A stretch of DNA of 64,000 bases from Caldisericia bacterium. Lineage in GTDB: Bacteria > Caldisericota > Caldisericia > JAAYUI01. The notes beneath the pieces were generated by a model. The model was given only the letters and a program-made list of their open reading frames with translations. It searched no databases and was not told the origin of the DNA. This document shows positions 32,211 to 42,158 of this stretch, in pieces. The translations under genes were made by a program, and so were the position numbers. The stretch spans positions 1,792,001 to 1,856,000 of the forward strand of contig OY771555.1 of the NCBI GenBank assembly GCA_963674785.1, in the 5' to 3' direction. How positions within the stretch are numbered: position 1 is the first letter of the stretch; the number at the start of each line of letters is the position of its first letter.

Positions 32211-32470
32211 TCCACCTCCCACTGAAGTTTTTTGCTCGTATTCTTATTTAATTCGACCGCATCTCACTTATATGGCACGGAGTTAGGTCTTGGATTAGAA
32301 TCGCTTCGACTCCACCATCCACTCCTCTTCAATGAATAACTCTTATCGTTGTTTTATTCGACCGCATCTCACTTTAGGGCACGTAGTTAGGTCTCGGATT
32401 AGAATCGCTTCGTCTCAATCATCCACTTCTTTTCAAGGTATTCACTCTTATTCATTCCGGTGCATCACAT
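32191..32470 (+). repeat. Degenerate ~105-bp tandem repeats containing the tRNA-Ala 3' half
   Basis: GAATCGCTTCG(T/A)CTC..CATCCAC core at 32191, 32298 and 32402; ATTCGACCGCATCTCACT at 32251 and 32356. Confidence 0.85.
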
Positions 32471-32691
32471 CTCTCTTTGCATTAAGGAAAATAGGATAAG
32501 AATTCAAATCCCTATCAGAATCTACAATCCTACTCACTTCAGAATATGTGTTCTTATCATTTATTATTTGACAATATCTCATAAAATCTTGTGAAATTCA
32601 CAACTCATAAACAATAATATGAAACACCGACTTGCTACTTCAGAGAATTCCAATATTATAGTTCAGACTTAGTTCCTGGAGGAAATGAAAA

Positions 32692-35136
32692 ATGAGTAAG
32701 TATGATTTCGTAACGCTTGAAGCAAAATGGCAGAAAAAATGGGATGATGTCGATCTTTACAAGACAACAGAGGACAGCTCAAAAGAATCCATGTACTGCC
32801 TTGATTTCTTTCCATATCCATCAGGAGCAGGACTCTCGGTTGGTCACTGCCGAAACTATGTACCAACAGACACCTATTCAAGGTTTTTCAGAATGAAGGG
32901 TTTCAATGTGCTTCACCCAACAGGTTGGGATGCGTTTGGGCTTCCCGCTGAAAACTATGCAATCAAGATGGGTGTTCATCCAGAAGAGACCACGAGAAAA
33001 AACACAGAAAATTACAAACGCCAGATGCGTTTGATCGGCACAACATACGACTGGAACAGAGAGGTGAACTCATCAAGCCCAGAATATTACAAATGGACAC
33101 AGTGGTTCTTCCTGTTACTTTTCGAAAAAGGACTCGCATACCAGGATTACGGTTCTCAGTGGTGGTGTGATGACTGCAAAACAGTTCTTGCAAACGAACA
33201 GGTCGAAGATGGAAAATGTTGGAGATGTGGACACGAAGCCAGAAAAAAAGACCTCAAACAGTGGTTTTTCAAAATCACTGAGTATGCTGACAGATTGATC
33301 GATGACCTTGATGACCTTGATTGGCCTGAACCAATCAAGATTATGCAGAGAAACTGGATTAACAGGTCACACGGTGCAAAGGCAGTTTTTAAAGCCGAAA
33401 CCGGTGACGATATTGAAATATTTACTACTAGACCAGACACCCTCTTTGGTGCAACGTACATGGTACTTGCCCCAGAACACAAGCTTGTACCAAAACTTAC
33501 AACACCCGGACAAAAAGAAGAGATTGAAACATACATCAAAGAGAGTGCAAAGATTTCCGAAATAGATAGACTCTCAACAGACAAAGAAAAAACAGGTGTT
33601 TTCACAGGCTCGTATGCAACAAATCCAGTAAATGGTGAAAGAATCCCAATCTGGATTGGTGATTATGTACTTGCAAGCTACGGAACTGGTGCAATCATGT
33701 GTGTTCCAGCACACGACACAAGGGATTTTGCATTTGCAAAAAAATTCGACCTTCCTATCGTTGAGGTTGTCTCTCCTGACGGAAACCCACATGAACTGTC
33801 CGATGCTTACACTGAGTCTGGCATCATGATTAACTCGGGTGAATATGACGGCAAGAACTCTGAAGAGTTCAAAAAAATAATCACTGATTGGCTTAAAGCA
33901 AATGGTAAGGGCGATCAGGATATCAATTATAAGATGCGTGATTGGCTCATCAGTAGACAGAGATATTGGGGAGCACCAATTCCAATCATTCACTGTGAAA
34001 AATGCGGAACTGTTCCTGTTCCAAAAAAAGACCTTCCAGTAAAACTTCCACACATCGAAAACTTTGAACCAGCCGGTGATGGAAAATCACCACTTGCAAG
34101 AGCCACTGAATTTGTAAACGTTAAGTGTCCAAAATGTGGTGGAGATGCAAAAAGAGAAACCGATACAATGGATGGTTTCGCATGTTCTTCATGGTATTTC
34201 CTCAGATTTGCAAGCCCACATGTTCATGACAAAGCATTTGATTCAGAAAAGGTGAAATATTGGCTTCCGGTTGATGTGTATGTTGGTGGAGCAGAACATG
34301 CCGTCATGCACCTCATCTATGCGAGATTCTGGACAAAGGTTATTTTTGATGCAGGTCTTATTGACTTCAAAGAGCCGTTTACAAAACTCCTCAACCAGGG
34401 AATGCTTCTGGCTTCCGACCACCAGAAAATGAGTAAATCGAAGGGTAACGTTGTTACACCAGATTCGATGGTCGAAAAATACGGAGCTGATGCTCTTCGA
34501 GGATATATCCTTTTCATGGGGCCATTTGAAGGTGAGGTCATCTGGGATGAAAAGGGATGTGCTGGGGTCCATAGATTTCTTGGAAGACTCTGGGAAATGG
34601 TGACAGGAAATGAATATGATGTTGGTGGGTTGGATGAAAAAACTGAAACAGAACTTAGAAGAATCCAACACAAATTGATTCTAAAGGTTACATCCGACCT
34701 TGAAAACTTCAGGTTCAATACGTCAGTTTCTGCATTCATGGAATCGTATAACAACCTTTTCAAGTATTTTGAGAACAAGGAAGTTACAAACTCAAAGGTT
34801 TGGAGAGAGGTAATTGAGACATATCTGATTTTGCTTGCCCCAATCTGTCCATACATCACAGAGGAAATGTGGGAATCTGTTGGTCACACTGAATCAATCC
34901 ACAAACAGATGTGGCCAAAAGGTGACAGTAGCCTTGCAAAAGATGATGTTGTCAAGATTCCTGTTCAGGTGAATGGAAAACTTCGAGATGTACTCGAGAT
35001 TGAAGCAGGGCTACCCGAGGAAAAACTCAAAGAGCTTGCACTTGCATCAGAAAGTGTTCAGAGGCACATCGCAGACAAACAGGTTCTCAAGGTAATCATA
35101 CCAAAAGGCAAACTTGTCAGCATCGTTGTAAAATAG
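32692..35136 (+). CDS. leuS: Leucine--tRNA ligase
   Basis: FPYPSGAGLSVGH (HIGH variant), KMSKS, CP1 editing domain FTTRPDT. Confidence 0.98.
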   Translation: MSKYDFVTLEAKWQKKWDDVDLYKTTEDSSKESMYCLDFFPYPSGAGLSVGHCRNYVPTDTYSRFFRMKGFNVLHPTGWDAFGLPAENYAIKMGVHPEETTRKNTENYKRQMRLIGTTYDWNREVNSSSPEYYKWTQWFFLLLFEKGLAYQDYGSQWWCDDCKTVLANEQVEDGKCWRCGHEARKKDLKQWFFKITEYADRLIDDLDDLDWPEPIKIMQRNWINRSHGAKAVFKAETGDDIEIFTTRPDTLFGATYMVLAPEHKLVPKLTTPGQKEEIETYIKESAKISEIDRLSTDKEKTGVFTGSYATNPVNGERIPIWIGDYVLASYGTGAIMCVPAHDTRDFAFAKKFDLPIVEVVSPDGNPHELSDAYTESGIMINSGEYDGKNSEEFKKIITDWLKANGKGDQDINYKMRDWLISRQRYWGAPIPIIHCEKCGTVPVPKKDLPVKLPHIENFEPAGDGKSPLARATEFVNVKCPKCGGDAKRETDTMDGFACSSWYFLRFASPHVHDKAFDSEKVKYWLPVDVYVGGAEHAVMHLIYARFWTKVIFDAGLIDFKEPFTKLLNQGMLLASDHQKMSKSKGNVVTPDSMVEKYGADALRGYILFMGPFEGEVIWDEKGCAGVHRFLGRLWEMVTGNEYDVGGLDEKTETELRRIQHKLILKVTSDLENFRFNTSVSAFMESYNNLFKYFENKEVTNSKVWREVIETYLILLAPICPYITEEMWESVGHTESIHKQMWPKGDSSLAKDDVVKIPVQVNGKLRDVLEIEAGLPEEKLKELALASESVQRHIADKQVLKVIIPKGKLVSIVVK

Positions 35137-35220
35137 ACAGAACAATTTAGGAAACTAATCTGTAATGTTTTTGATAGGACTCAGTCTTAATTATAAAGAA
35201 CTGAGTTCGGAGAGAGAAAT

Positions 35221-36384
35221 ATGAGAAAATTGCTTTCTGTTATGATGTGCCTTTTTCTGGCACTAATATTCGCCGTTGATACATCAAAGACATCTTTAGC
35301 TCAAACAAACGCCAGTTATCCCAATATTGATCTTGAGGAGCTCAGAACAGATTTCTTTAAAAAAATAAATAACCAGCGTAATAAAGCTGGGGTTGCCGAA
35401 CTTATATATGATAATCGACTTGAGATTATCTCTCAAAAACATGCCGAATACATGATGGAACACTTTCTCAATAAAAATGATGCATACAATAGAAATCCGG
35501 GCAGAAGACTTGAAGCAGAAGGATTTGAATGGTGGGCTATCGGTGAAAACATAGGAATCATTTATTTGGATAGCAACATACAAGAAGTTTTAAAAAATCG
35601 TGAGTGGATATTTGAATACACTCCAAACGATCCTTTAACAAACAGGCTTGATAAGGACTTCACTAATGTTGCAATTGGTGTGAGCGTCAATGAAGAGAAG
35701 AAATTTATATATATCTGTGTTGATTATTATACCCCTTACACAAATCAGAAAGAACGCAAGAGACCATATGCCGAACTAATTCCAGGAGATGTCACAGCTT
35801 GGTATAATGATGAAGATGGAATATACAGATCTTATTTCAACTTCAGAAATACTGGAAACACAAACCTAACAGATATTCAAATCGAAGTAAATCTAGAAAA
35901 CTTAGATAACGAGGAAAAGATCATTGCAACTGGAACACTAGACTTTAAAGATATTCTAACTCCCGGCCAATCTGTAACCCTCTACTACGAAACTGAACCA
36001 TTTACATATGATGAAGAAAAAAGCTATATACACATTTATAATATCAAATCATTCAAACCAACAAAAAAGGAACATCCAGAACACTACTTCACAAAGAATT
36101 TTTCAATGAAAAAAGGTGAAGATGGAAAGATCACTCTAGATGCAAGACTCGCAAACATGTCGGAAAAAACATACAGCTTCCACTGTTACGCAACATACTT
36201 CGTACCCTCATCATATGGATACGGATTTGTGTTTCCTGTTGGAAAAAGTAAAACCGTTTCCAAATACTCAATCCAGCCTGGAACAGGTAGGGACATCATC
36301 ATTGATGACTACAGCATCAATCCAGAAAATGAACCTTATATTTCAAAAGTTGAGATAACTTATTGGTTTGAAATCGAAGAATAG
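35221..36384 (+). CDS. Secreted CAP/SCP-domain protein with Ig-like C-terminal domains
   Basis: Signal peptide; INNQR, HAEYM, GENIG and FTNVAIGV CAP motifs. Confidence 0.78.
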   Translation: MRKLLSVMMCLFLALIFAVDTSKTSLAQTNASYPNIDLEELRTDFFKKINNQRNKAGVAELIYDNRLEIISQKHAEYMMEHFLNKNDAYNRNPGRRLEAEGFEWWAIGENIGIIYLDSNIQEVLKNREWIFEYTPNDPLTNRLDKDFTNVAIGVSVNEEKKFIYICVDYYTPYTNQKERKRPYAELIPGDVTAWYNDEDGIYRSYFNFRNTGNTNLTDIQIEVNLENLDNEEKIIATGTLDFKDILTPGQSVTLYYETEPFTYDEEKSYIHIYNIKSFKPTKKEHPEHYFTKNFSMKKGEDGKITLDARLANMSEKTYSFHCYATYFVPSSYGYGFVFPVGKSKTVSKYSIQPGTGRDIIIDDYSINPENEPYISKVEITYWFEIEE

Positions 36385-36388
36385 TTAC

Positions 36389-37420
36389 CTATGCGCTGTG
36401 TCTGAAGTTGATGATGTCACCATCAACAACAGTGTATTCTTTTCCCTCAAGTCTAAGTTTGCCTTGAGTTTTTGCTTCTTTGAGTGAATTATCACAAGCT
36501 ATGAAATCCTCATATGAACAAACCTCTGCTCTGATAAACTGTTTTGCGATGTCAGTGTGAATCTTCCCCGCGGCAGTAACAGCGTTATCACCTTTTCTGA
36601 TTGTCCACGCACGACACTCATCTTCTCCTGCTGTGAAGAAAACCTGAAGGCCCAAGATATCAAAAACATGCTGGATGACTTTTCCCGATGCAGTGTCTTT
36701 GATTCCATACTCTTCCATGAACACTTCTCTATCTTCATCTTCAAGCTGAGTAATTTCGGCTTCAATAGACGCACAAAGTTTCGTATGTGAGACACCCTTC
36801 TCATCAAGAAGCTTGATGATTTCTTTCGTTGTGTCTGAATCATCATTAATTTCATCTTCAGATATGTTCAAAACAACAAATATCGGGAATCTCGTGTAAA
36901 GCTCAAGACCAGAAAGAGATTTCAATTCAGCGGCACTAAGCTCGACCTCTTTAAGATACTTCCCATCCTCAAGCTCTTTGTGGAGTTTATTCAAAAGCTC
37001 GAGTGACGGTCCGGTGTATTTTGGATCAATCTTAATTTTGTTCTCTTTTTTGAGCATTTTTTCAATCATCTCAAGGTCACTCAAAAGAAGTAGATCGAAT
37101 ATATCCTCAAGCTCTTTTTTGGCACCATCTCTAAAACATGGCACAGTCACAAGCAGAGCTGAAACAGTTTTTATAAAATTCAAAAATCCCTGATCAGCGC
37201 CACCTTTTCTTGTTGGTTTTGGTGGTGGTGCATCGATGAAATTGATTGTTGCATTTATCTGTTTTTTTGGTTTGAAGATTGATGTTAGATAATCCAGTCT
37301 TTCATCAGGAACTTTGACAACGGCGCGTTTTCCCAGTTCATGTCCTGGATCGATTCCAGTGATTGCGTTAAACAGAGTTGACTTTCCCGATCTTGGTGAT
37401 CCAATAATTCCAATATCCAT
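36389..37420 (-). CDS. ychF: YchF-family ATPase (divergent G domain, TGS/DUF933)
   Basis: GKSTLFNAIT, VPDERL, FFTAGEDECRAW, AAGKIHTD, RLEGKEY.V.DGD. Confidence 0.85.
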   Translation of the reverse strand: MDIGIIGSPRSGKSTLFNAITGIDPGHELGKRAVVKVPDERLDYLTSIFKPKKQINATINFIDAPPPKPTRKGGADQGFLNFIKTVSALLVTVPCFRDGAKKELEDIFDLLLLSDLEMIEKMLKKENKIKIDPKYTGPSLELLNKLHKELEDGKYLKEVELSAAELKSLSGLELYTRFPIFVVLNISEDEINDDSDTTKEIIKLLDEKGVSHTKLCASIEAEITQLEDEDREVFMEEYGIKDTASGKVIQHVFDILGLQVFFTAGEDECRAWTIRKGDNAVTAAGKIHTDIAKQFIRAEVCSYEDFIACDNSLKEAKTQGKLRLEGKEYTVVDGDIINFRHSA

Positions 37421-37422
37421 TT

Positions 37423-38289
37423 TTATATCTCCTTCAATAGTTCCGGAATCTGCCAAGGAAGCCTCGCAACTTTTATTCCAGAATCTTCAAGTTCTTTAAT
37501 TTTTTCACTAGCACTCATTCCTTTTCCGGCAATGATTGCTCCCGCATGTCCCATCTTTTTTTCAGGTGGGGCATTTCTTCCAGCGATATATGCGACGATA
37601 GGCTTTTTTATCTTACCATCTCTGACAAGTTTTGCGACTTTCTGCTCTTCGTTTCCACCAATCTCACCAATCATGACAATTGTTTTTGTTTCAGGATCAT
37701 CGCCAAACATCTGGACAACTTCAGAAAGCCTTGTTCCCACAATCTGGTCGCCTCCAACTCCGATCGCAGTTGAGACGCCAAACCCATCTTCTTTCATATC
37801 AGAAAGAATCTGATAGGTAAGAGTACCAGACCTTGAAACCAATCCAACATCACCGCACATAGTGATGTGTGGTGGAATAATGCCAGCCAGAATAACACCT
37901 GGAATAAGCATTCCCGGGGTATTTGGACCAACAATTCTTACATCTTTTAAACTGGCTTTTTTGTATATCTTTATCATCTCATGAACAGGAATACCCTCTG
38001 TTACAACGATGATTGTTTTTATCCCTGCATCAATCGCCTCATTTATTGCGTTTGGGGCAAATCTCGCTGGCACAAAAATTATGGATGAATTGGCATCGGT
38101 TTCTAATAAGGCTTTTTCAACGGCATCAAAAAGAGGGAATCCTTTGTTTGTGAAACCATTTTTTTTAGGGGTGACTCCACCAACAACAACTCCACAATAA
38201 TCATTTATCTTTTTTGCATGGAATGAGCCATCGCGTCCGGTAATTCCTTGAATCAAAATCCTGGAGTTTTTATCAAGAATAATACTCAT
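37423..38289 (-). CDS. sucD: Succinate--CoA ligase alpha subunit
   Basis: QGITG, TEGIP, SRSGTLTY, GEIGG, MGHAGA phospho-His. Confidence 0.94.
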   Translation of the reverse strand: MSIILDKNSRILIQGITGRDGSFHAKKINDYCGVVVGGVTPKKNGFTNKGFPLFDAVEKALLETDANSSIIFVPARFAPNAINEAIDAGIKTIIVVTEGIPVHEMIKIYKKASLKDVRIVGPNTPGMLIPGVILAGIIPPHITMCGDVGLVSRSGTLTYQILSDMKEDGFGVSTAIGVGGDQIVGTRLSEVVQMFGDDPETKTIVMIGEIGGNEEQKVAKLVRDGKIKKPIVAYIAGRNAPPEKKMGHAGAIIAGKGMSASEKIKELEDSGIKVARLPWQIPELLKEI

Positions 38290-39409
38290 GATAAACCTCT
38301 GAGACATGCTCTAAAGCGCTTTTCATCGAAGAAAAACTTCTAGCTCTTGTGTTCATAAGCATCTGTTTTGCTTGTATAGACTCATTTCCAGAAAGATGAA
38401 CCACCAACGGAATCTTCAAATCGATTCTTTTGAGGGTCTCGATTATTCCATTTGCAATATCGACACACCTTGTTATTCCGCCAAAAATATTTATGAAAAT
38501 TATTTTTAAACCTTTATTTCTCAAAAGGATGTTCACAGCTTTAACCATTTTATCAGTTGAAGATGATCCACCAACATCAAGAAGATTCGCTGGTTTTAAT
38601 CCAAATTCAGATATTGCATCAACTGTTGCCATTGCAAGTCCTGCACCATTTACAACACAGCCAATATCTCCATCAAGTTGAACATAAGATAGACCGGCAT
38701 TCTTTGCTTCAAGTTCAATATCTGTTAGATTTGTACTTGTATCTATACCTAGTTCATCCAATTTTGACAGCGAATAATCATCGATTCGAATCTTTGCATC
38801 AACAGCAAATAACTCATTTTTTTTATTCACAGAAAGAGGATTTATCTCAATAAGAGTGGCGTTATATTTCCAAAAACCTGAAATCAGGCTGTGGATTAAC
38901 TCAGAAAAGGATTGATACAAGCGTTCATCAAGAGTAAGAAATTCAAAAATCTCCTTGATCTTTTCATCATTCATATCTGAATCTATCGGAACAATTGTTT
39001 TGAGAATAGCATCTGGATTTTTTTCTGATACTTCCTCGATATCAACTCCACCCTCTTTTGAAGCAAGGATAACGGGTTCTCCAGTAGATGTATCCAAGAG
39101 AATTGAAAGATAATATTCTCGCTTAATATCAACAGCTTTCGCAATCATTATCTTTTCAACTGGAATCCCACAAATTTTCTTCGAAAATAATTCTGACGAT
39201 ACGGATTCAACCGTTGATACATCACACAGCTTAATACCACCAGCTTTTCCACGAGAGCCGACTCCAACCTCGGCTTTTAAAACAAGCAGCCCATCAAGAC
39301 CGCTTGCAACATTAACCGCCTCGTCTACTGATTTTACGAGATACCCATCATAGACAGGGATGCCGATATCTTTGAAAATTTTTCGCGCATCTGTTTCTGT
39401 TAGATTCAT
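38273..39409 (-). CDS. sucC: Succinate--CoA ligase beta subunit
   Basis: RGKAGG, GGVDIEE, EINPL, NGAGLAMAT, NIFGGI. Confidence 0.94.
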   Translation of the reverse strand: MNLTETDARKIFKDIGIPVYDGYLVKSVDEAVNVASGLDGLLVLKAEVGVGSRGKAGGIKLCDVSTVESVSSELFSKKICGIPVEKIMIAKAVDIKREYYLSILLDTSTGEPVILASKEGGVDIEEVSEKNPDAILKTIVPIDSDMNDEKIKEIFEFLTLDERLYQSFSELIHSLISGFWKYNATLIEINPLSVNKKNELFAVDAKIRIDDYSLSKLDELGIDTSTNLTDIELEAKNAGLSYVQLDGDIGCVVNGAGLAMATVDAISEFGLKPANLLDVGGSSSTDKMVKAVNILLRNKGLKIIFINIFGGITRCVDIANGIIETLKRIDLKIPLVVHLSGNESIQAKQMLMNTRARSFSSMKSALEHVSEVYHEYYS

Positions 39410-39432
39410 AGAACAACAAATATAGTATTAGT

Positions 39433-40335
39433 TTATGATTTATTCAAGCGAAGTTTTTCAAGCATGAGCTTGAAGTTTTCGGGAGGATCATAAGACAGGT
39501 CATAATCTTTCCCGTTAAACGCAAAGGAAAGCTTGCCACAGTGAAGATATGGATACTCTGCTGGATACCTAGAATCAGCACCACCATAAACGATGTCACC
39601 CAAAATTGGATGTCCAGTATAGCTCAAATGAACTCGAATCTGATGTGTTCTACCCGTAACAAGCTTAACACGCACATACGTATGTTCTTTTAATCTTTCA
39701 ATCTCTTCAACTTTTGAGATTGACTCTCTTCCCTCTTCATCGATTGTCATCTTCCATCTGTGATTCAAATCCCTTGCAATAGGCGCATTGATAACAATTC
39801 TTTCGAGATCAAAATAACCTTTAGCAATTGCTACATATTGCTTATCAATCGTTCGCTTTTTGAACATCCTGGAAAACTCTTTTAGGGCAAAATCAGTTTT
39901 AGCAATCACCATCAAACCAGACGTACCTTTATCCAGTCTATGAACAATTCCAGGACGTTCCTTTCCAATCATTCCAGAAAGCTTCCCTCTACAATGGTGA
40001 AGCATTGCATTGACAAGAGTTCCACTTTTTGTATGACCTGTTGGATGAGTGAGCATTCCTTGTGGCTTCATTGCAACAAGGAAGTCATTTTCTTCATGAA
40101 CAATTGGCACAGGCAACTCTTCAGGTTCTATTTCGAGTTTTTCCTGTCTTGGAAGCAGCACATCGATACTGTCTCCATAAACAAGTTTATAGGATGGTTT
40201 GATGTCTTTCTTGTTCACCTGCACCGAACCATCCTTTATCATGCCAGCAATCTGGTTTCTTGATAAAAAAGAAATTCTCGAAGAGAGAAAGGAATCAATC
40301 CTTTCGCTCTCCTTTAAATCATAATCTATATGCAT
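39433..40335 (-). CDS. RluA/RluD-family pseudouridine synthase
   Basis: S4 domain, IVHRLDKGTSG, TGRTHQIRVH. Confidence 0.93.
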   Translation of the reverse strand: MHIDYDLKESERIDSFLSSRISFLSRNQIAGMIKDGSVQVNKKDIKPSYKLVYGDSIDVLLPRQEKLEIEPEELPVPIVHEENDFLVAMKPQGMLTHPTGHTKSGTLVNAMLHHCRGKLSGMIGKERPGIVHRLDKGTSGLMVIAKTDFALKEFSRMFKKRTIDKQYVAIAKGYFDLERIVINAPIARDLNHRWKMTIDEEGRESISKVEEIERLKEHTYVRVKLVTGRTHQIRVHLSYTGHPILGDIVYGGADSRYPAEYPYLHCGKLSFAFNGKDYDLSYDPPENFKLMLEKLRLNKS

Positions 40336-40341
40336 AAAAAA

Positions 40342-42093
40342 CTAATCTGGATTTGGATAGGTGATTTTTACCTGTCTGGTATCTGCGAACCATTCAACCT
40401 TTGCACCTAGGTTTTCGGTGATAAACCTTACGGGTACAACTGTTCTTCCATTTCTAATTAATGGTGCCTGATCCATTTCAACCGCAACACCATTTTTTTT
40501 GGCTGTTGTTTTGTTTATCCACACCTCAACCAAAACATGCCCTTCAACTGCAGAATCAATCTCATACCACACTTTTTCAACTGCTGCATCTTTTGGTGAG
40601 TAATCGAGTGTTGCACCGATCCTTTCACCAATAAATCTAAACGGGATAACAGTTCTACCGCTACTAGCAACAATAAAAGGGGCGGTATCTAGTGGTTGTG
40701 GCCATTCAATTCCATTTATATATGTAGTTGTTGAACCAATTGTAAAAAGCATGATGATTTCTTCCTGTACACATTTAACAAAAAATGGCCCAATTGTTTC
40801 CGAGTCACCAAGTTCATTTTCAACGGTTATTGTGTATTCAACAGTTTGACCAGGAGTAAGTGGAATTTTCGCCTCATAATTACCGTCTTCATCAGCGATG
40901 ACCTCAACCTCACCAGAGATTCCAGATGGTTTAAGTTTCCACTTGATTACAACTTTTGAGCCAGGGGTTGCAGTACCTTTGACAGTATACTCGCTACCCA
41001 CAACCTCAACTGTTTCTCCTGGTTTTGGAAGATTTGGATCAACACTCAAAACAGGCTTTGATGGTTGTGCTTTTGCATGATATGAACAGGCAACGTTATA
41101 GTCAGTTGCAGTTACACAACAGACCTTGTAGGTATAGTTTTCTCCATTATCAACATTGCTATCAAGCCACTCTGTTTCGCCATCAATGAGCGGGAAGTCA
41201 TGAATCTGAATCCACTCTCCACCTTCTTTTTGTCTATAAACCCTGTAACCATAGCAACTATCTGACTCCTCAGGTGGCTCCCACTTCAATAATACCTTTC
41301 CATCACCATTTATCGCTCTAACATTGAGGGGAGATTCTTTCTGCTGTAACCAACCAGAACCCATCACATAATAGAGCATATGACAGAAAATTCTCTTGAT
41401 TTCAACATTTCCAAAAGCCATACCAGTGTTCCCAACCGCAATATATCCAGCCTTTGCTTTCGAGGATTCACATGATACTTCATTTGTCCAAACGGTTTTT
41501 ACACCCTCATTTGTCTGCGCAATAAGATGAGTAGAAGGATAACAGATTGGTTCATGAATTGTCCCAAGATGACACTGAAATGATTGGGCCACATCTCTTA
41601 CAATCTCATGGTCCATATCAATCACTCTGACCATTGTTCTACCAACGCTTGTTTCTTCTTTGTGTTGAGCACCAACAAGTTTCTGAAGTATTTTATTGTT
41701 CGCAGATGGTTCAAGAAGATAACCAGAGACAATGAGTCCGGAAACACCATTGCAACATCGGTCTTCAATGAGTTTTTCAAGTTCTTCAGGCATATCATGA
41801 TTTGCTGCTTTATCAGTATCAAAAAGGCAGATCACATGGTAACCATTATACTTGAGTTTCTCTTCAAGTTTTGAAAATGAAGTCACCAACACTGGATCAT
41901 TTGCAGTATTAACATTTCCTCCGGTAAGGAGAATATTATTGACAACAAGATTTACTGTAGAAGGACTACTCCAAACGATAATATCAAGGTATTCACGGAA
42001 TTCCCCAATTGCATTTGTGGTTTCAACTCCGGTATATGTAAACCCAAATAATATGAAAACAATGACAAGAATAGCAATGAATTTCTTTCTCAT
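40342..42093 (-). CDS. Secreted Cys-rich protein with FN3, Ig-like and stalk domains
   Basis: Signal peptide; VLLKWEPP..YGYRVYR FN3; GRTVIPFRF/GRTVVPVRF stalk. Confidence 0.82.
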   Translation of the reverse strand: MRKKFIAILVIVFILFGFTYTGVETTNAIGEFREYLDIIVWSSPSTVNLVVNNILLTGGNVNTANDPVLVTSFSKLEEKLKYNGYHVICLFDTDKAANHDMPEELEKLIEDRCCNGVSGLIVSGYLLEPSANNKILQKLVGAQHKEETSVGRTMVRVIDMDHEIVRDVAQSFQCHLGTIHEPICYPSTHLIAQTNEGVKTVWTNEVSCESSKAKAGYIAVGNTGMAFGNVEIKRIFCHMLYYVMGSGWLQQKESPLNVRAINGDGKVLLKWEPPEESDSCYGYRVYRQKEGGEWIQIHDFPLIDGETEWLDSNVDNGENYTYKVCCVTATDYNVACSYHAKAQPSKPVLSVDPNLPKPGETVEVVGSEYTVKGTATPGSKVVIKWKLKPSGISGEVEVIADEDGNYEAKIPLTPGQTVEYTITVENELGDSETIGPFFVKCVQEEIIMLFTIGSTTTYINGIEWPQPLDTAPFIVASSGRTVIPFRFIGERIGATLDYSPKDAAVEKVWYEIDSAVEGHVLVEVWINKTTAKKNGVAVEMDQAPLIRNGRTVVPVRFITENLGAKVEWFADTRQVKITYPNPD

Positions 42094-42158
42094 TTATCGC
42101 TCCTTAGTTTCAAAAACACAAATCAGATTCTAGCGAGTTTGGGGAAATTATCAATCTT

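Noticed and set aside
32191-32470. CRISPR array
   Set aside because: Repeats derive from tRNA sequence, the intervening parts resemble each other, and no cas genes are present
32589-32603. Perfect palindrome TTGTGAA-A-TTCACAA upstream of leuS as a Rex site
   Set aside because: Half-sites match, but the spacer is 1 nt rather than 4 and leuS is an unlikely target; it may bind another factor
32470-32690. T-box riboswitch upstream of leuS
   Set aside because: No T-box motif (GGTGGxACC) or terminator/antiterminator seen
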